Positions 25,571 to 37,374 of a stretch of 64,000 nucleotides of DNA are shown in pieces. The translations under genes and the position numbers were made by a program. Origin of the DNA: Pocillopora damicornis (taxonomy: Eukaryota); contig NW_020844993.1 in the NCBI RefSeq assembly GCF_003704095.1, forward strand, positions 1 through 64,000. Direction: 5' to 3'. The notes beneath the pieces were generated by a model. The model saw only the letters and a list, made by a program, of their open reading frames with translations, ran no database searches and had not been told where the DNA came from. Positions within the stretch are counted from its first letter, which is position 1. Every line of letters starts with the position of its first letter.

Positions 25571-28500
25571 GCCTTGGTGGGTTGTAACGTCTGTAATCAA
25601 GTGCTGTGTTTTGCCTCGTACTGATTACATTTCAAACCTGTGTGATCCATAGGCCATTTGGCTATGTGTCACATGGTAACTAAGTGCACAGTGACGGTTA
25701 ATGAGGATTTGTTACTGTGGAAGATGAATATGGCTGCTCATTTGTGTTGAAAAACGGCTCATATTTTCACATTTGAGCTGACGTCTGCTCAAAATTTGGC
25801 TGACGTCTCTTTTACAATGAATTCGTACTAGGATTCATTCAATGTTTCAGTGTTTCAGTGGTACAATTCGGAAAAGGTCAACTGACCTCAAAATACCAAG
25901 AAGCAAAAGCCTTTCAAAGTGCCTTAAGGCTCGTTAATTGAATACTGATGAAGTATTACGATTTTAAAGAGAAGTGTAGCGATTTATAGTAGATATGAAA
26001 GTTCCTAATGACTTGGTCATAATAGCCGTTTAGCAGTTATATGATATATGAGTGATGGAATATGCCTAGCCTTGGATGAGAAAGTTATCGTAGATTGTTA
26101 AGTAGGAAACTGGTACTCAAGTACAAAAACTTGATTATGTTTTTTGATTTATGAATGGTTTAATGTATGATAGATGCTCTCTTTGGTAATGTAGTTATTT
26201 TTAATGTTGTAAGTTGACAATTGGCCTTACACAGGAGAGTGTAAAACGAAACTCGGTTTCGCTAAAACAGCTCTGGAGATTTTCATGATCTGAAATAATG
26301 GAGAAAATAAGAAATAATATTTTTTCGATTTGTGAAACAAAACAGACTAGTATATTTCCATTAGTATGAAAAGAAAGGAAAACTAGAAACTACGAACTTC
26401 GATGAGCGACCAATATCGTAAAGACAAGGTGAAAACGTTAAAAACTATTGTATCTTGATCATTTTAACGTTTTGTTGTTTTGTATGTACAAGCCAATTGT
26501 CAACTTGCTCATGTTTAGAATTTATTTATAGTAATAGGGTCAATAGCATGTCAGACGTGGTGACTTAGAAAATTTTGTGATTCAATAAAATGTGAAAAAT
26601 GGCAATTCTCTCCTAGTTCTTAATCTTTCATGAAATCTCACAATACTTTCGGGAGGGGTGATAAGCTCTCATTACTGGGATAGAGCAGAAAACGGTGGAC
26701 ATATGTTACAAACTAAGTGCCCGTAAAAAAAAACAAGTAACATGAACCTCGTTGCGGTTTGAGATCTGTATGTCTCTCAAAACTGAGATTTCGCCTTTTG
26801 AAAAAACAACGTATGTTCCAGAGAAAAGGAACGCTTTTCGAGACGTGATAAACAAGTTCATCACGAAAATATAAAAGTCTGAGTATCAATTGATAGATGG
26901 TGAAAGTTCCCTTTCAGTCAGTTAAAACATCAGTTCTCCCTCTTTTCGTCATCCTTTCACTAGAAACCATGCCCTCCGCGTGTGCACGGGGAGCTTGAAA
27001 ATCGCTATCGTCCGTAATGCTCACTGTTCGACTCAATTTCATGATTGTCCTTTAAACGCCAAATTCGCGAAAGTAACATGTCCCTAAAATTCGCGTAATA
27101 GGGTATAATCCCATCGGAAATGACATTTCAACGCAATAGGGGTAACCCGTTGAAAAGCTGTGAAAACCAGAAGGTACTCGACACTTGACATCAAATAAAT
27201 TATTTGTGTCATGATTGCTTTTGACTTAAAGTTCTTTCTTGCTTTTTATTTTCGCATTTATTTATACAGTGCTCACAAATTACAACTACAATAAGAATAT
27301 TGCTAACACAACTTACAAAGCTAAAGTAAATCTAGCCTAACTGACACAAATAATATTAATTCCTAATATACACGTATAATAACTACCCGGCCGACATACA
27401 ATACTCATGGAAACATACTGTAACTTGACTCTTTAACTCCCGTTAGTGACCAAGACAAAATTTCTCCTTACAATATCAATACAATATCAACCAGATAAGT
27501 GACGAGAATAGAGAAAAAGGTCAATTTGGGGATAGTTAGTTGATCCAATACTAAATTCTCTGAACTAACATTATAAGAATTGCATGGTTGACAGTAAGGA
27601 ATATCAAACATTTTATCTGGGAGTTGAAAGATTAACACACTTTACTTTATCACATGCCGAAATAATCATTTGCATCACAATCGATATGATACTTAAATAC
27701 TGACTTAAAAGTTACTCAGTGAACCAGTACAGGATCATGGGGCAAGATTCCGAGCTATTCCTCTTGGATAGGATTTTATTTTTGACTTATTAAACTTCAT
27801 ATTTAGTGATTGGCGCCATAAAGATATAACTTCGTTAATATTACAATGATTTAATGTAATAACGATTAAAAATGATTGATTCAATAATGATTTATGTAAT
27901 AAAAATAGATTATGATTGATATTATGATGACTGATATCATAGTAAATCTAAAAGCAACTAATTTCGTCCAATTTGAAACAAATTTAAAGATTGTATTCTT
28001 CTGATTAATAGTTTCCTGGAAACAAAACAAAAAATATTTCAGCATTAATTCGCAAAGTAAACAAAGTAAAATCGATACAACAAACTTCTGCTTACCAACT
28101 GACAAACCAGGGGAGTAATAAAAATGGTGCTAAACTTTAAACAGTTCTGCGTTCTAGACTTTAAGAAGAGAGATCAAACTTTTCACTCCGATGACCTTCG
28201 ATCAGGACTCACCAAAGAAATTGAATTAGAATTGTGATTTAATCTTCCCGAACGGCTTTCTAGAATTATCAAACATTAACGCAAATTTATCATTTCACTT
28301 TCTCTTCGCGCCTCAACGATCGTCTTACTAATCTAGGCTTTTTACACCGTCACACAGTTATGTCAATCGCACCACTAGACTTTTCTAACTGTTTGAAGAT
28401 ATTGAAACTAAGGATTGAAAAGGGAAGATTGAATTAATCAGAACAGAAGTTTTAATTTGAGAAGCCCGTGTAATTACTGGCGTGTCACAGCTACAGAATT

Positions 28501-28918
28501 TTTGACTCTGCAACCGGGCATATAATAACATATTCAAATCATCTTTACAAACCGCTTTGGACTAAATGATACATTGCAAATATTAAAAAAAATAAAAACC
28601 GTCAGTTACCAATATATCTGTTGTCAGTCATCCTAAATAGCACTGAATTGTAACGTGTGTACATTGAATTACGAATAATAATTGTAACATTGTTGCCATA
28701 TATATTTTCCGATGTTTGTTGCCTTTCTTCATACGTAAATACTCTTTTGTAGGGTCTAATTGTTATGAGTATCGCAGTTTGGGTTCGTCTAATTCGCAAT
28801 CCATTAATCAAAGTTTACTCTCTTGCCTGATGGTGAGGTCGATCTGCTAACGATATACTACTTATATAACGAGTTGCTTACTTCATACATAGGTTGTTGG
28901 TGGTCTCAATTTACTTAC

Positions 28919-29635
28919 CAAACCGCCATTTTCAAACATCCAATCTGAGATTAAGTTGCACGTCTTGGTCTTCGAAAACTAATACACGTAATAACCATCC
29001 TCGCAACTTGTGTTTGTAGTATCCGAAACGTTAAGCTCACCAATAATCATTAGGTATGAGGTAACCACTGGCCATGATAGTTGGGAACCCTTATCCAGTT
29101 TCAAGCGATTTATAAAATTATGAATGTCACTGTCTTGCTTTAAATTTTCAATTTCTTCATTAAACTTATCATGATTATTTTCTCTAGTCGACAGTAAGTA
29201 TTCTGCAATGTTAATGTTATCATCAGCAAGCATCGCACAAGTTCCCTGGCGGAAACCGCTGACGTATTTAGATTTAAATTAACATTCGATGATGATAGCA
29301 ACTGTGATTCGTAATTTCAAACATTCTTGCAATAATTCAAAATGATTTATACTTGTGAGGGAGTATTTCATGATCGACAGATTAATAAATGATAATTCTT
29401 CTGCATACTGTAGATTCGTGATTAAAGTAAACATTCCAGCATCAGTAGCCATTTTGCCATCTAACTTAGAGTCAAGAATTAAACTGCGGCACCAGGAACT
29501 AACTGCTGCACGATCATTAATATTAAAAGATTTTACCATTTCAATTGAAAACGCCCTAAAAGAAGGAGGGTGTTGATATTTCATCAAACTAAACGGATCT
29601 TCTTTATGGTGCGAGGTGATTGCTGATAAAGCCAT
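28919..29635 (-). pseudogene. Type B pseudogene B2 (exon 1 only)
   Basis: MALSAITSHHKEDPFSLMKYQHPPSF...WMFENGGL|GTAAGT in a single frame, with premature stops at 29279-29281 and 28979-28981. No exon 2 or 138-nt element was found downstream. Confidence 0.88.
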
Positions 29636-29937
29636 GGTTGATATGATTCGGTCAACACGGAACCATCTAAACAGAGAGTGCATGACGATGCATTGCTCTG
29701 AACTTACGGGCACTTAACAATTACGTAATATACACTTTCGCCCACTGTCAGGATCAAAATCTTCTCGTATAACCTAACAGAACCTCCCCGACACTTTCCG
29801 ACGTTTCGAGAGCACAGGAATTTCCATTTAGGATAAATTAAAATTATTAAATTTTTGTAATAAGAACCCCTCGAATGAACGCGGAACTGGAGTAAAGGAA
29901 AATTAAATTCCCTGCGACTTGTTTAGGATTGTATTAA

Positions 29938-29997
29938 GGCCTATTTACACGGCACGACTTTGTCGCATGCGACAAAGTCGTACCGTGCAAATAGGCC
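29938..29997. mobile_element. 60-bp near-perfect palindrome, probably a minimal PIF/Harbinger-type MITE
   Basis: GGCCTATTTACACGGCACGACTTTGTCGCATGCGACAAAGTCGTACCGTGCAAATAGGCC with TAA/TTA in the flanks. Confidence 0.65.
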
Positions 29998-30491
29998 CTT
30001 ACAGAAAGTTCCCAGGTTCCTGCGAAATTCAGGGAAATGCTAATTCAGACTCCTGAATAATGAAATTATGATGATCGATGTACTCGATTGGCAGAACTCA
30101 AATATCAAACACATAATGTAATATTATTTTATTATCTTTTTACATTTTTACATATCTGGGTGGGTATTTTACATTTTTACATATTCAACATTGTTCAACA
30201 CTTTTTTACAAAAACACTATTTACACATTTTGTATTTCTCCTTTTTTGGAGAAATCACTAATAAAAGAAGGTCCAGAGAAACTATTGAAAAAAGAAGGCC
30301 CAGAGAAGCTATTCAAAAAAAGAAATCATTGAAAAAAGAAGGCCTAGAGAAACCATTGAAAAAAGAAATGATCTTTAACGGCATTTTTTGCCACGTTGCG
30401 TTTTATTCACAAGCACAAAGACAGCGATTAAAGACGAAAAAAGCTTAGTGTCGCATCGAAAATAACTAATTCTCGCATGACTACAAATGCT

Positions 30492-30629
30492 GACTGCCTC
30501 TTAGTCTGGTTTCTCTCCTTTGATCTTTCCGGCTTGGTTGTACCTGCCAGAGGCTCACATGCCTCCGCCGGCTGAGTTCTCAGGATCATTGAAACGCACA
30601 AGCCCCTCCACCACGGCAAGGTGGCAGTC
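30492..30629 (-). ncRNA. 138-nt conserved structured element, copy 2, downstream of B3
   Basis: Same length as copy 1, about 5 substitutions, sense to gene B3. Confidence 0.7.
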
Positions 30630-30656
30630 TGTAAGAGGGGTGCGTGTATTGGTTTC

Positions 30657-30857
30657 TCACAATATTTAAGAACTTCCTGCATTGTCACAGGAAAGTCAAA
30701 AGTATTGTGAGACACCTTTGAATCGTATAAGATATATTTATAAAACAGTCTCTTAATTTTCACAATATTTAAGAACTTCCTGCATTGTCACAGGAAAGTC
30801 AAAAGTATTGTGAGACACCTTTGAATCGTATAAGATATATTTATAAAACAGTCTCTT
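30657..30857. repeat. 103-bp-period tandem duplication in the B3 3' region
   Basis: TCACAATATTTAAGAAC...AACAGTCTCTT at 30657 and 30760. Confidence 0.9.
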
Positions 30858-30872
30858 GATTTAAAAATTAGA

Positions 30873-32888
30873 TTATAGATCGACCCGTTTTCTGAGTAGC
30901 TTGATATTTTCACCAACAGATTCTTTCATGGCGAATAACACAGATTCACTAATGGCTGCTCCTTTCTTCTCCTTCACGAATTCTTTGTATGTTTTCTGGC
31001 AAACAAATTAAAGACAATATACCATTAGCTTTCGGTGATTTTAAATTGACCAGCTGCTAATTAAGGGTGTGTTAACAACTCGGTTCTGCAAAAAGTTTTT
31101 CATTCATACACACACTAATCAAAGTAATAATCCTATCTAGAACTAAACTCACGAGTTTATGTATTTGGTAGCATTTCTGCACATATTACGGTTGGGACAA
31201 TATACACTTATCAACAAGTATTTATATTGCGACAAAAAGTGACAAGACGTGAATGACGGAATGAATAGGATTAATGATAGCTCAAATGAATTGCTGATTA
31301 TGCAACAGGGTATGCGACCTTAAAGTCTCACCCCTTAGAGAGGAGTTTGAATTGTGAGCAATATTTGATGGCACCTTCTATAAGAAATGAAAATTCATCT
31401 CTAGACACTTAAGATCTGTTTGTTTTTTATTCAGATGGGTCATTGAATACATTGGATCAACCAGTGAATTCTTCTCCGCTTGAACAGCTTTCTAGAATTG
31501 TCGAACAAGCCTAAATTTACATTTACTCATCGAGCGATTGTTTTTCTCTTCGCGTTTTACGTGATGTTTCACTTCTTTAAAACATTCTTTCACTCACTAA
31601 CTTGTGTTTCACTTTCTGGGAGTTATCAACCAACGGAATATATAGAGACAACATGGCTGGAAAACAGTGAAGATGTAAGACAAATGAAAACAACTAGTAT
31701 TGTGAACAATCAGAGTATTTGTTGTTGAACCTCAAGCATGACGCCTGAAAATGTTTGACTTTACGGAAGGTCGGTATTTTATGAAACGCTCGTCTTTAAA
31801 AACAGCTATGTTTTTTAAAGAAAACTATAGATCGTTGTTACTATTCGCAAATCACCACTTTTTTGAAATAAAAGTCAATTCCTGCTGAATTGCAACTGTG
31901 AAAAATGGATTCGAATAATCATCAAACATCGACGCGATGTTTCCTATGGTTGTCGTTTCTGTTGCAGAAGAATGTGACTTAGGTCTTAGACACATGACTA
32001 TCCCAATTGTAATTTTTATATTTTGCATTCGCTCTTTGCAAACGTGTACTTTCTACGCCAATCAGGTAACGTTGCGGAAATCTAAACTCGATATTTGGAG
32101 GACTTATTTATATATTCAGGGTATGCAATATGTAAGTTCAGCTTACTCACCAAACCACCATTCGTAATAATCCAATCTGATAATAACTTGCATGTCTCGG
32201 TTTCGGTGAACCAACACACATAATAACCAGCTTCTAAAACCTCCACATCTCTTGAATTTGGGGTACAAGCAGCATATAACTCACAAATGACAACCAATAA
32301 GACTGTAAACACCGACCAAGACGGCTGAGTTTTACGAATGAACGCGTGTAGTATCTGATGACAGTCACTAATTTGCCTCAGCTGTTCAAGAAGTTGCCAT
32401 ATCATCTCCTGGTTGTTTTGTTTGGTGGTAAGTAAATGTTCCAGAACATCGGTGAGGTTATCAGGAGGCTTCGTCTCAGCGTCACGGCGGAAGCCATCGA
32501 CAGATTTAAACCTCACGTAATTTTCCAAAAGAACTCCAGTTGAGATTTGTAATTCCACTTTCTCCAGCTCTCGCAACAAATCAGCGCGGCCTATATCTTT
32601 AAGGATATACTTTAACAGTGACATGTTGGTGGAAGATAATTCCTGAGCATTTAGAAGAGACTTGATTAACTTATATAACTCAGCATCAGTAGCCATGTCG
32701 CCATCTAACATCGAATCAGGAATATTACCTAAACATAAAAAGCTAAAAGCTGCGCGATCATCGTTGCTCAAAGACTTTACAAGTTGAACTATAAAGCTCT
32801 TAAAGACTTGAGGATATTGGTATTTCATCAAGCTGAACGGATATGGAAAAGATCTTCTGTCTCCAGAAGAAGCTGTTCTTGACTCCAT
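30873..32888 (-). CDS. DED + Bcl-2-like domain protein, type B copy B3; exons 32888-32151, 30995-30873
   Basis: DED (FSFLC..IGRADL), VLLENYVRFKS, PSWSVFTVLLVVICEL, WIITNGGL|KTYKEF. Donor TTG|GTGAGT, acceptor GCCAG|AAA. Confidence 0.85.
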
Positions 32889-33661
32889 GATTTAGTAGGA
32901 ATCTTTGCAAAAAACAAGAACCTACGAAGGGCGCATGATAATATATTGCACTTCACAATTACGTCATTTCCATTTTTGTCTCATAACAATAGAAAGATGA
33001 GAATTGTTTTATACTCTGACACCGATATGAGGTGGCTAATGGAAAGTGCAGATGTGTCATCAATGGGAAATTCGTCCAATAGAGAAAGTTTCACAGTACA
33101 GCGTCGCTGTCTCCACTGTTTCACTGTTATAGGGAAAAAAATAAAGAACGAGATCGAGTGAATCGCCATAACTGTGTGTGCTACGTTCGGGGCACTGCAG
33201 ACAGATCCGTGGTGGCATTTCTATTTTGAGTGAGTTTACAAAGACAGTTGAGGCCGTTTTCTTACACGGGGTCTAACCCAAACCGTGCTTTAACACAAAC
33301 ACAGGACCTTAATATTATCCATGAGAGGGTTGCTTTCAGTAAATAAATGTCCTGCCCCCGTTACTTTTCGGCCTTCTTGACACTGTACACAGAAATGAGT
33401 GTTTAGATAAAACATTCAGCTAAATTGAAGATAGTTTAGAACTCAGTTTTGTTGAACAACGACTAATCTTTCTTTAGATAACCGGCCCTTGTGGTCTATC
33501 ACCATGGTAACTACAGACGGCATTGCCCTAATATGGTACTCTATTAAGTGGAGGGGGGTAAGGGAAATTTGTTATACTCATATAAATAGAATCCCAGACC
33601 CAACTTTCTGCCTCCTCTGACGACTGCGACAACATCGACAACTTACAGACTTACTGACGAA
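32889..33661. promoter_or_regulatory. Putative bidirectional promoter between B3 (-) and A4 (+)
   Basis: 773 bp separate the divergent ATGs. CArG CCTAATATGG at 33527-33536, TATAAATAG at 33581, TTACGTCAT near 32960. Confidence 0.6.
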
Positions 33662-35321
33662 ATGACTGACCGACTTAAACAAACTTTCAGAAATACTTTG
33701 TATCAGATTGCTTGCAATCTCGATGAAGAACAGCAAAAAGGACTTCAGTTTCTTTGTGTTGAACACGTTCCAAGACGAGTTAAGGAACGTCTTGACCTTT
33801 TCTATGCTCTGGAGGAAAATAAGAAGATGTCGTGGATCAACGTTTCCTTCCTGATGGAATGTTTGGACGAAATTGGAAGAAAGGATTTAGCTGAGTTATT
33901 AGCGAAGTTCGAGGTAAAAAGAAACATGTTTATTCTTCTTAGTTTCTACGTCAAGAAGAGGAATGGACAGCATTCTTTTGATGATGATGATGACGACCGG
34001 TCATCAGCGACCGAGTTGGCGGAGTATCTCGTGCAATTGATGGAAGGATTTGAGGGAAACGTTGAAATTAGAGACATAATGAACAGCTCAGATGGTGATA
34101 ATAAGAAAGATCTTTGGCTGAAATTTGTCAACGAATGTCCCGCATGGAGCTCAAGAAAGACATGGAGTAAGTTCTCTATGCTCGTTGCCCTTGCCGGGGA
34201 AACCATTTGCGCTTCAGCATCAATTCACCCTGGAGGAAACTCAGAAGAAGCCATAATGGATATCTGCATAGCATTGGCAGATGAGCTATATTGTCCAATG
34301 CTTCAGCTTGGAAGCTGGGTAAATAAAATCGCTTTGTATTAAGTGTTATGAATATAATGTAATACAATAGCATCAGTATTCGGTTGATTTTATCTAGCTT
34401 CAGAGACTAGTAAGAAATCGAAACTTCTCGATACGAAGTTGGAATATTGAAAGTGAAACTTAATCTGAACTTATAACTTTACTAAGTGACTAATGAGCTC
34501 AAAGGTTCTCTCTGAAACCAGAAAACTATTGAAAGAGAAACGAAATTGATACTGGACCAATTCAGCAAAGGATTGAGTCGTTTTCAAGTTCCAAATTTGA
34601 AGAATCAGCTGTTTCAGAGAAGTTTATAAGCGCACAAAATTTAAATTGTAACGTAGTCGATGCGCCATGGTTTAACTTAGTAGATTTTGCTGCTAAAATT
34701 ACCAAAGAAAACTTAATCAATTAGAATTTATCTGGCAGTATGTTTAAAAAACTTGTAATAAGTACGGTTAATTGTCTGCCACAAGGCATGTAGAAGCTGA
34801 GATATTTTTTGAAGCCTTGAAATGTTTGTCTCTTCGCAATCATACATATTTGCATATTATTTTTTGAAGCCTTGAAATGTTTGTCTCTTCGCAATCATAC
34901 ATATTTGCATATTATCCAAACGAATAAATTATTCATAGCTGGGGTTTTTAGGGGTCAGTAGAACAGAGATATGCAAACAGTTGTCACTTAAACAATTACC
35001 ATTTTTAAATTTGTAGATAACTACCGTCTTACAAACAGGAAGTGGGAGCGATTAACTTCTGCTGTTCTCACAATCGTAAAAGATCCCTCTCTTACTAAAG
35101 TGTTTCTTAGGTTCATTATTTTCTTTTCGTTTTTTTTCCTTTACTTTGTTTTTATTGTTTTATATTTACCTATTTCCTATTGAATACAGGAGGACTTTCA
35201 TACCTTTGTGAGAAGAAGACACAATCTGGTTTACGGGAACGACACGAGTTGCAACACTTCTGTGAACAGAGAGCAAATTGCAGACGCAGTCCGAAAGTTG
35301 GAGGAGGCTATCTTTTTCTAA
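33662..35321 (+). CDS. DED + Bcl-2-like domain protein, type A copy A4; exons 33662-34318, 35190-35321
   Basis: DED (LQFLC..IGRKDL), KTWSKFSMLVALAGE, LGSW|EDFHTF. Donor TGG|GTAAAT, acceptor TACAG|GAG; ends LEEAIFF*. Confidence 0.85.
34803..34916. repeat. About 55-bp tandem duplication in the A4 intron
   Basis: TTTTTTGAAGCCTTGAAATG...GCATATTAT occurs twice. Confidence 0.9.
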
Positions 35322-35513
35322 ACGAGACAAAACAAGGCAACCCCAGCCAAACATACATATAAAAAAATGAGAAAACTTAGAAAAAAAAGACAAAAGTTAT
35401 AAACGAAATCAGGTGAAAAAAAGGAAGGAGGAAAGACGCGTACATCAAAAAAAAAAAAAAAGGAAAACGAAAAAAAAAAAAATAAAAAAAAAGCCAAGCT
35501 TGTCATGAACAGA

Positions 35514-35750
35514 TCAAAAATAAAGTTCAAACCACCTCAAGATTTCATCATCATTTTCAAGATTTACCTCCATATTGGACACCGGTACATAGCCTAAGCA
35601 AAAAATCCTAAACGCAGCCTTATCGTCATCGCTTAAATCTCTCATACATTCAACTACAAACTCTTTTAAGACAAACGGACGCTGATATTTCAACAACCAC
35701 TCTCTTTGCGCAAATGATTTTAGCCTTGAAGTCGCCGTCGGTAAAGCCAT
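35514..35750 (-). pseudogene. Truncated type B copy B4 (5' part of the DED only; paralog of B6)
   Basis: MALPTATSRLK..LLKYQ..VNLENDDEI matches the start of the ORF at 44444, then breaks off. Confidence 0.88.
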
Positions 35751-36345
35751 GACTGAAGCTAATACTTTCAGTCAAATTAGGAAAGACTGCGCATCTTGAC
35801 GCACTCATTCAACATCCGGGCACTTACTTTCATTTGCAACCCGGAAGCCAACGTCGCCTTCGGTTCGGATCGTACTGGTGTCGTTATTGCTTTCCAATGG
35901 AGATCTGGGCCGGTTTGTTCCTAACCAGGGCTTGGTGCAAATTTTTCACTTAGTTTATACCTCTGCAAAAGGATTTTTCTTTTGCATCTTTCCCCTTAGT
36001 CTCGAGTCATATTAAGATAAAACTCAGCAAAATCTTAGTTCTTATACGCGCTCTTCTACATAAGAAATTAAAACCAAGGTTACCTTTTAATCCTAGATTA
36101 ACGTAAACACCCACTCGAAAAATTCGGCCCTGGGCTTTACGTACAATGACACACGCTTTGGAGGGTGATTGATATATGGTAAGCCGCATAAGTAGTGTTT
36201 TAAGACGCCATCGAAATTCGGAAGAAACAAGAAAGACGAAATCATTTATATCTCCTGCACGCCTTGCGTTCCTATCTATAAAGTTCTGTATTGGGAACAG
36301 GAAAAAAATTTGGTTGCTGTGGTTCCTCTCGGCAAAGTACCATTA
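35520..36345. repeat. Segmental duplicate of the B6 5' end plus the B6/A6 intergenic region (about 44215-45054)
   Basis: Long shared blocks, e.g. GGAGATCTGGGCCGGTTTGTTCCTAACC and CGAAAAATTCGGCCCTGGGCTTTACGTA. Confidence 0.9.
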
Positions 36346-36346
36346 T

Positions 36347-36962
36347 GATCCTGGCCACATTGAGTTGGGTGCGTTACCCAATGATACCCCCTGAATGGCT
36401 GTGATATGGCACCTGTTGAGCTTCGCCTGGGATGAAACATGAGCTGGGGTATCCTTCCCCGGGGAGTGCCCCGCGAAGCATGCAGGTGACCTTGCTATCT
36501 CAGTCACAGGATAATACCCTTGTTATTAAGAACAAGGAGGGGACCAGGAAACCGAAAACACTCTGAAAACATCGCCAAATATCATTTTCCAACTTCTTCA
36601 AACTATACAGAAAGTCTTAAGGAATTTGAAATTTCTAGCCAAAATCATAGGCTGACCCCCTTATGAAAAATCCAATATGGCCGCCATACAAGTCAATTCA
36701 AAAGAAACAAATGAAAAGTTATGGTGAGGTTGCTGGAATGCAATAGCAAACGAATGATACACTTTAAGAAGGCTTCAGTACCTCCATTGATGCTACCTCA
36801 GTGGGTGACAGGACTTAAAAAGCAGATCAATCTTGAAGGAGCTATGGCTGAAGATTAAAAGCAAATTTCTCATAGTTTTCATCTTTACCCCATACGACAT
36901 TATTTTTGCACTCACCTGTCCAAGTAACAACTCCTCAGCCTTTAAACTGTCTTTGAGGCAGA
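36347..36962 (+). repeat. Orphan duplicate of the A5 3' flank (39581-40192)
   Basis: GATCCTGGC..GATACCCC..GAGCTTCGCCTGGGATGAAACATGAGCTGGGGTATCC.. through ..TAAACTGTCT is shared by both. Confidence 0.9.
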
Positions 36963-37284
36963 AACCTCTTTGGCGGGATAATCAGTCCTAAAATTATGCA
37001 TGTTTAATGATGCAATGAAGAGTTTCTGCAGCCGCAGAATGTCGTGTTTTACAAGAAAGGTATTTCATCTGTTGGTGCATTTTCGTAAAGTTTGATTTAT
37101 TCTCCATGTAGTTTGGGGCTGACGCTAACGTCTACCTTCTGGCTGTTTTTATTGCATACCTTTAAATATATTTTTTGCGGGTTTCTCCTCTTTCATGCAC
37201 GAAAGTGCATGAAAATCCAATCGGTGTCGTGTTCACTGCCATCCCGTAACCATGGTTGCAGGCTGGCATTGAACACGTCACCGA

Positions 37285-37294
37285 CCTAATATGG
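37285..37294 (+). promoter_or_regulatory. CArG box of gene A5
   Basis: CCTAATATGG preceded by ACGTCA and GTAACCATGGTTGC, the same layout as A1. Confidence 0.7.
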
Positions 37295-37374
37295 TGCTTG
37301 TTTTGAACTTAGAGATGTAAGAGAGGTTCCTCAGTCTTGTTGCGCCCACTGATGACAGCCACATCATCACGAAC

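Noticed and set aside
22120-30015. NF-kB-like sites (e.g. ~22123, ~26923, ~29817, ~30004)
   Set aside because: Imperfect matches and not positionally conserved among paralogs.
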